DNA from: Nemertoderma westbladi
Taxonomy: Eukaryota; Animalia; Xenacoelomorpha
Direction of reading: 5' to 3'
DNA: 53,808 nucleotides
Assembly (NCBI GenBank): GCA_032718475.1
Contig: JAUCBJ010004003.1
Coordinates: forward strand, 1 to 53,808
The notes under the pieces are model-generated. The model was not told the origin of the DNA, searched no databases, and saw only the letters and a program-made list of their open reading frames with translations. Below, piece after piece: positions 50,401 through 53,808 of this stretch (within the stretch, counting starts at the first letter, position 1; every line of letters begins with the position of its first letter). A program made the translations under genes and the position numbers.

Positions 50401-53286
50401 CCTGTATCTGTCCCATCATAATCCTACCTGTATCTGTCCCACCATGCCCCTACCTATATCTGTCCGAAAATGTCCCTACCTATATATGTCCCACCATGCC
50501 CATACCTGTATCTGTCGCGCTATGTCCCTACCTGTATCTGTCCCACCTTGTCCCTCCCTACCTGTGTATCTGCCCTACCATATCCCTACCTGTATCTGTC
50601 CCACCATGACCCTACCCGTATCTGTCCCACCTTGTCCCTACCTGTACCTGTCCCATCATGCCCCTACCTGTATCTGTCCCACCATGTACCCCACTACCTG
50701 TGTATCTGCCCCACCATTCTCCTACCTGTATCTGTCCTACCATGTCCCGACCTGTATCTGTTCCACCATGTCCCTCCCTACCTGTGTATCTGTCCCACCA
50801 TGCTCCTACCTGTATCTGTCCCATCATGCTCCTACCTGTATCTGTCCCACCATGCTCCTACCTGTACCTGTCCCACCATGCTCCTACCTGTATCTGTCCC
50901 ACCATGCTCCTACCTATATATGTCCCACCACGCCCCTACCTGTATCTGTCCCACCATGTCCCTACCTGTATATGTCCCACCTTTCCCCTACCTGTATCTG
51001 TCCCACCATGTCCCTCCCTACCTGTATCTGTCCCACCATGCCCCTTACCTGTATCTGTCCCTCCATACCCCTACCTGTATCTGTCCCACCATGTCCCTAC
51101 CTGTATATGTCCCACCTTTCCCCTACCTGTATCTGTCCCACCATGTCCCTCCCTACCTATATCTGTCCCACCACGCCCCTACCTGTATCTGTCCCACCAT
51201 GTCCCTACCTGTATATGTCCCACCTTTCCCCTACCTGTATCTGTCCCACCATGTCCCTCCCTACCTGTATCTGTCCCACCATGCTCCTACCTGTATCTGT
51301 CCCACCATGCTCCTACCTGTATCTGTCCCACCATGTCCCTCCCTACCTGTATCTGTCCCACCATGCTCCTACCTATATCTGTCCCACCACGCCCCTACCT
51401 GTATATGTCCCACCTTTCCCCTACCTGTATCTGTCCCACCATGTCCCTCCCTACCTATATCTGTCCCACCACGCCCCTACCTGTATCTGTCCCACCATGT
51501 CCCTACCTGTATATGTCCCACCTTTCCCCTACCTGTATCTGTCCCACCATGTCCCTCCCTACCTGTATCTGTCCCACCATGCTCCTACCTGTATCTGTCC
51601 CACCATGCTCCTACCTGTATCTGTCCCACCATGCTCCTACCTATATCTGTCCCACCACGCCCCTACCTGTATCTGTCCCACCATGTCCCTACCTGTATAT
51701 GTCCCACCTTTCCCCTACCTGTATCTGTCCCACCATGTCCCTCCTACCTGTATCTGTCCCACCATGCCCCTTACCTGTATCTGTCCCTCAATACCCCTAC
51801 CTGTATCTGTCCCACCATGTCCCTACCTGTATTGTATATGTCCCACCTTTCCCCTACCTGTATCTGTCCCACCATGTCCCTCCCTACCTATATCTGTCCC
51901 ACCACGCCCCTACCTGTATCTGTCCCACCATGTCCCTACCTGTATATGTCCCACCTTTCCCCTACCTGTATCTGTCCCACCATGTCCCTCCCTACCTGTA
52001 TCTGTCCCACCATGCTCCTACCTATATCTGTCCCACCACGCCCCTACCTGTATCTGTCCCACCATGTCCCTACCTGTATATGTCCCACCTTTCCCCTACC
52101 TGTATCTGTCCCACCCATGTCCCTCCCTACCTATATCTGTCCCACCACGCCCCTACCTGTATCTGTCCCACCATGTCCCTACCTGTATATGTCCCACCTT
52201 TCCCCTACCTGTATCTGTCCCACCATGTCCCCTCCCTACCTGTATCTGTCCCACCATGCTCCTACCTGTATCTGTCCCACCATGCTCCTACCTGTATCTG
52301 TCCCATAATGCTCCTACCTGTATCTGTCCCACCATGCCCCTACCTGTATCTGTCCCCACCATGCCCATACCTGTATCTGTCCCCACCATGCCCCTACCTG
52401 TATCTGTCCCACCATGCTCCCTACCTGTATCTGTCCCACCATGTTCCTACTGTACCTGTATCTGTCCCTACATGTATCTATATCACAATGCCCCCCTACC
52501 TGTATCTGTGCCACAATGCCCCCTCCTCTATCTGTCCCCACCATGCCCCCCTACCTGTATCTGTCCCAGCACCACAGGATACGTTGTAACTGATTCCGGT
52601 GCGGTCACCGTTACAGACGGTCTCCGAACGTGTCCGGGCCCGGTGGCAGCGCCGGAATCGACTTGTAGCCGACCTGTGTTGGAGGAGGGGTCACTGGAAG
52701 ATCGGTTGACAGGTGGAGATCGTTTATCATTGGAGTTTAAACGTCGGTCCCTGAAAACGTAACAACGGTATATAAATACGCGTCACAATGGCAAGATAAA
52801 TAAATGCGCGTCATAACGTTAGATAAATGCGCGTCATAACGTTAGATAAATGCGCGTCATAACGTTAGATAAATGCGCGTCATAACGTTAAATAAATGCG
52901 CGTCATAACGTTAGATAAATGCGCGTCATAACTTTAAATAAATGCGCGTCATAACGTTAGATAAATGCGCGTCATAACGTTAAATAAATGCGCGTCATAA
53001 CGTTAGATAAATGCGCGTCATAACGTTAAATAAATGCGCGTCATAACGTTAGATAAATGCGCGTCATAACGTTAAATAAATGCGCGTCATAACGTTAGAT
53101 AAATGCGCGTCGCCGAATCCGCACTCCTCACTTCGTCCAGACCGGTGTCCCGTACTCACCCGGACATTTGTCTTGAGACCACGAGTTCTACCTGGGAGTC
53201 CATCTTGGTTTCCATAATATAATCGAAAACTTCATCAAAAGTCGCTCCCTTCAGGTTCCGGCCGCTCCACGATAAAACTTGGTCAC
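38239..53286 (-). CDS. RIMS: RIM / UNC-10 (regulating synaptic membrane exocytosis protein), internal part: PDZ C-terminus, linker, C2A; five exons
   Basis: Exons 53160-53286, 52555-52750, 48696-48826, 47545-47754 and 38239-38402 splice in phase with GT-AG and match RIM PDZ and C2A sequence. Confidence 0.93.
39096..39829. mobile_element. TIR-bounded element (TIRs of about 27 bp) containing two exon-like segments
   Basis: ttacattatgtcaacttatcagcgttc pairs with gaacgatgataagttgacataatgtaa. Confidence 0.5.
40729..43884 (+). CDS. Uncharacterised 1051-aa hydrophilic tandem-repeat protein, single exon, nested antisense in a RIM intron
   Basis: ATG at 40729; unique N- and C-termini; 12 units (10 near-identical, 2 diverged) of 207+39n bp, all in frame; AATAAA at about 43909. 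Confidence 0.7.
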   Translation: MAEKKHKGKSKELKDFLWSGSKEGRPRLRSIIGDQISEVRQTQTYQNATKVLKTVKKFVRKKIGSNQSVAISNQVYEDDNIMSNGHDARGQQANGSAAGHTAAGRDRTNSQGHTAVGRDRTNSQGHTAVGHEKFVGREIGSNQSDEYSNQENEEPIFMTRADVPSNKYDARRAQANGSAAGHTAAGRDRTNSQGHTAVGHEKFVGREIGSNQSDEYSNQENQEPIFMEISDVPPNHYDARRAQAYGSAAGHTAAGRDRTNSQGHTAVGHEKFVGREIGSNQSDEYSNQENQEPIFMEISDVPPNHYDARRAQANGSAAGHTAARRNRTNSQGHTVVGRDRTNSQGHTAVGHEKFVGREIGSNQSDEYSNQENQEPIFMEISDVPPNRYDARRAQANGSAAGHTAARRNRTNSQGHTVVGRDRTNSQGHIAVGHEKFVGREIGSNQSDEYSNQENQEPIFMEISDVPPNRYDARRAQANGSAAGHTAARRNRTNSQGHTVVGRDRTNSQGHTVVGRDRTNSQGHTAVGHEKFVGREIGSNQSDEYSNQENQEPIFMEISDVPPNRYDARRAQANGSAAGHTAVGRDIINSQGHTAVGHEKFVGREIGSNQSDEYSNQENEEPIFMEISDVPPNRYDARRAQANGSAAGHTAAGRDRTNSQGHTAVGHEKFVGREIGSNQSDEYSNRENEEPIFMEISDVPPNHYDARRAQANGSAAGHTAAGRDRTNSQGHTVVGRDRKNSQGHTAVGRYRTNSQGHTVVGRDRTNSQGHTAVGHEKFVGREIGSNQSDEYSNQENEEPIFMEISDVPPNHYDARRAQANGSAAGHSAARRDRTNSQGHTAVGRDRTNSQGHTAVGHEKFVGREIGSNQSDEYSNRENQEPIFMEISDVPPNRYDARRAQANGSAAGHTAAGRDRTNSQGHTAVGRDRTNSQGHTAVGHEKFVGRVIGSNQPDTSSDDDEVDESFMEISDAPPNQYDARRAQANGSASGHTRAGRETTSVKGHTMRHTKKPDSNETIDDTYTTVFDKDERGKLGKQPEPKRYMALTSSDDSD
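44197..47516. repeat. 27-bp satellite, about 120 copies, in a RIM intron
   Basis: Unit catccactcactatatatttttcagac, highly homogeneous. Confidence 0.98.
47545..47754 (-). CDS. RIMS: RIM exon, C2A second half
   Basis: ERRTKTVSQTSHPQWNQSFVY..LGVSVWDHDRHGYKDFVGQ..LDDKSRW. Confidence 0.94.
47790..47921. repeat. 33-bp tandem repeat, 4 copies
   Basis: Unit ccgcactatggtgtaatggcggacgatactgaa. Confidence 0.95.
48042..48310. mobile_element. Diverged partial copy of the Tc1/mariner-type MITE seen at 29582-35931
   Basis: tacacatgtcctggaatatagtgtcg...aaatttttctacaaatctta...ctgggtgagccagaat matches that MITE's arm. Confidence 0.75.
48696..48826 (-). CDS. RIMS: RIM exon, C2A first half
   Basis: IRLWYSSNKEQLVVTILQAVDL..GSRNPYVKLFLLPDT. 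Confidence 0.93.
48945..52568. repeat. Minisatellite of about 26 bp, roughly 135 copies, overlapping a RIM exon end and donor site
   Basis: Unit ccatgcccctacctgtatctgtccca; minus strand reads TGGGACAGATACAG|GTAGGGGCATGG. Confidence 0.97.
52555..52750 (-). CDS. RIMS: RIM exon, PDZ-C2A linker
   Basis: ...HVRRPSVTVTAPE...VVLGQIQ; phase 2 in, phase 0 out. Confidence 0.88.
52801..53111. repeat. 23-bp CpG-rich tandem repeat, about 13 copies, filling a RIM intron
   Basis: Unit taaatgcgcgtcataacgttaga. Confidence 0.96.
53160..53286 (-). CDS. RIMS: RIM exon, PDZ domain C-terminal half
   Basis: GDQVLSWSGRNLKGATFDEVFDYIMETKMDSQVELVVSRQ; cag acceptor, gtgagt donor. Confidence 0.93.
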
Positions 53287-53808
53287 CTGGCAACCAAAAA
53301 ATAATAAATTGTTGTGGCATGCATACACAGTTTAATATCCCGACAGAAACAACCTAAAACCTTGGTTGCTACGGGATGGGCACCCTTTATATTTTGATAT
53401 TTTACATTCTACGGCATACAGTAGGTACTTACCTACCTACTAGAGTTGAAACAGAGACTTGTCACCGATCTCTGTTCTCTGTTCTTTGGATTCTCCGGGC
53501 TAATTTTTGGTCTCTGGATAGGATCTGGATAGGATAGGGTCTCAGTGATTTTTCAAATTAAAAATATATATTTATCTTGTACAACATAAAATTAAAATTT
53601 AAGATTTCAGGTAATTGAACCAGTAATCTTCTATTTAATTTAATGTGCGTTTAATTTTAAGTTAAATTAGCACCTAAAGAGGGTTCTTATTTAAGAATAA
53701 GGGTGCTTAATTTGAGCAACCATAAAATTAAAAGGTAAATGATTTGAACATTTGTAAATTAAGTGCCTTTTTTATTTAACAAAGTCCCTATGTAGCAAAA
53801 CAAATTAA

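Noticed and set aside
48909-52762. Long Pro/Cys/His-rich ORFs in all three plus frames
   Set aside because: Translations of a 26-bp minisatellite with frequent frame-shifting indels; the real coding sequence is the minus-strand RIM exon.

Overview
AT-rich animal (invertebrate-type) genomic DNA with GT-AG introns; not prokaryotic, and no CRISPR, rRNA or tRNA gene was seen. Host genes: (1) the last five exons of a lipoxygenase (+, 299-2817). (2) Two head-to-head CARD/death-fold caspase-like genes, one intronless (-, 27861-29189) and one with three exons (+, 36359-37830). Both keep the His/Cys dyad but replace QACRG with E-x-C-Q-x and lack the Asp-binding arginines. (3) Five exons of a RIM/UNC-10 presynaptic active-zone gene (-, PDZ and C2A, 38239-53286). 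(4) A 1051-aa tandem-repeat ORF nested antisense in a RIM intron. The rest is mostly decayed mobile DNA: two G2E3-like HECT pseudogenes, a Sola-like transposase fragment, an APE/RT LINE whose ORF1 region carries a Ulp1-like protease, a BEL/Pao gag remnant, and an L2/Crack-like LINE 3' end split by a piggyBac-type element. A nested stack of TIR elements, including a Pack-MULE-like one, sits between the caspases. There are many minisatellites, one of which is an amplified copy of a RIM exon end plus its splice donor. All calls come from manual reading and translation; no searches were run.
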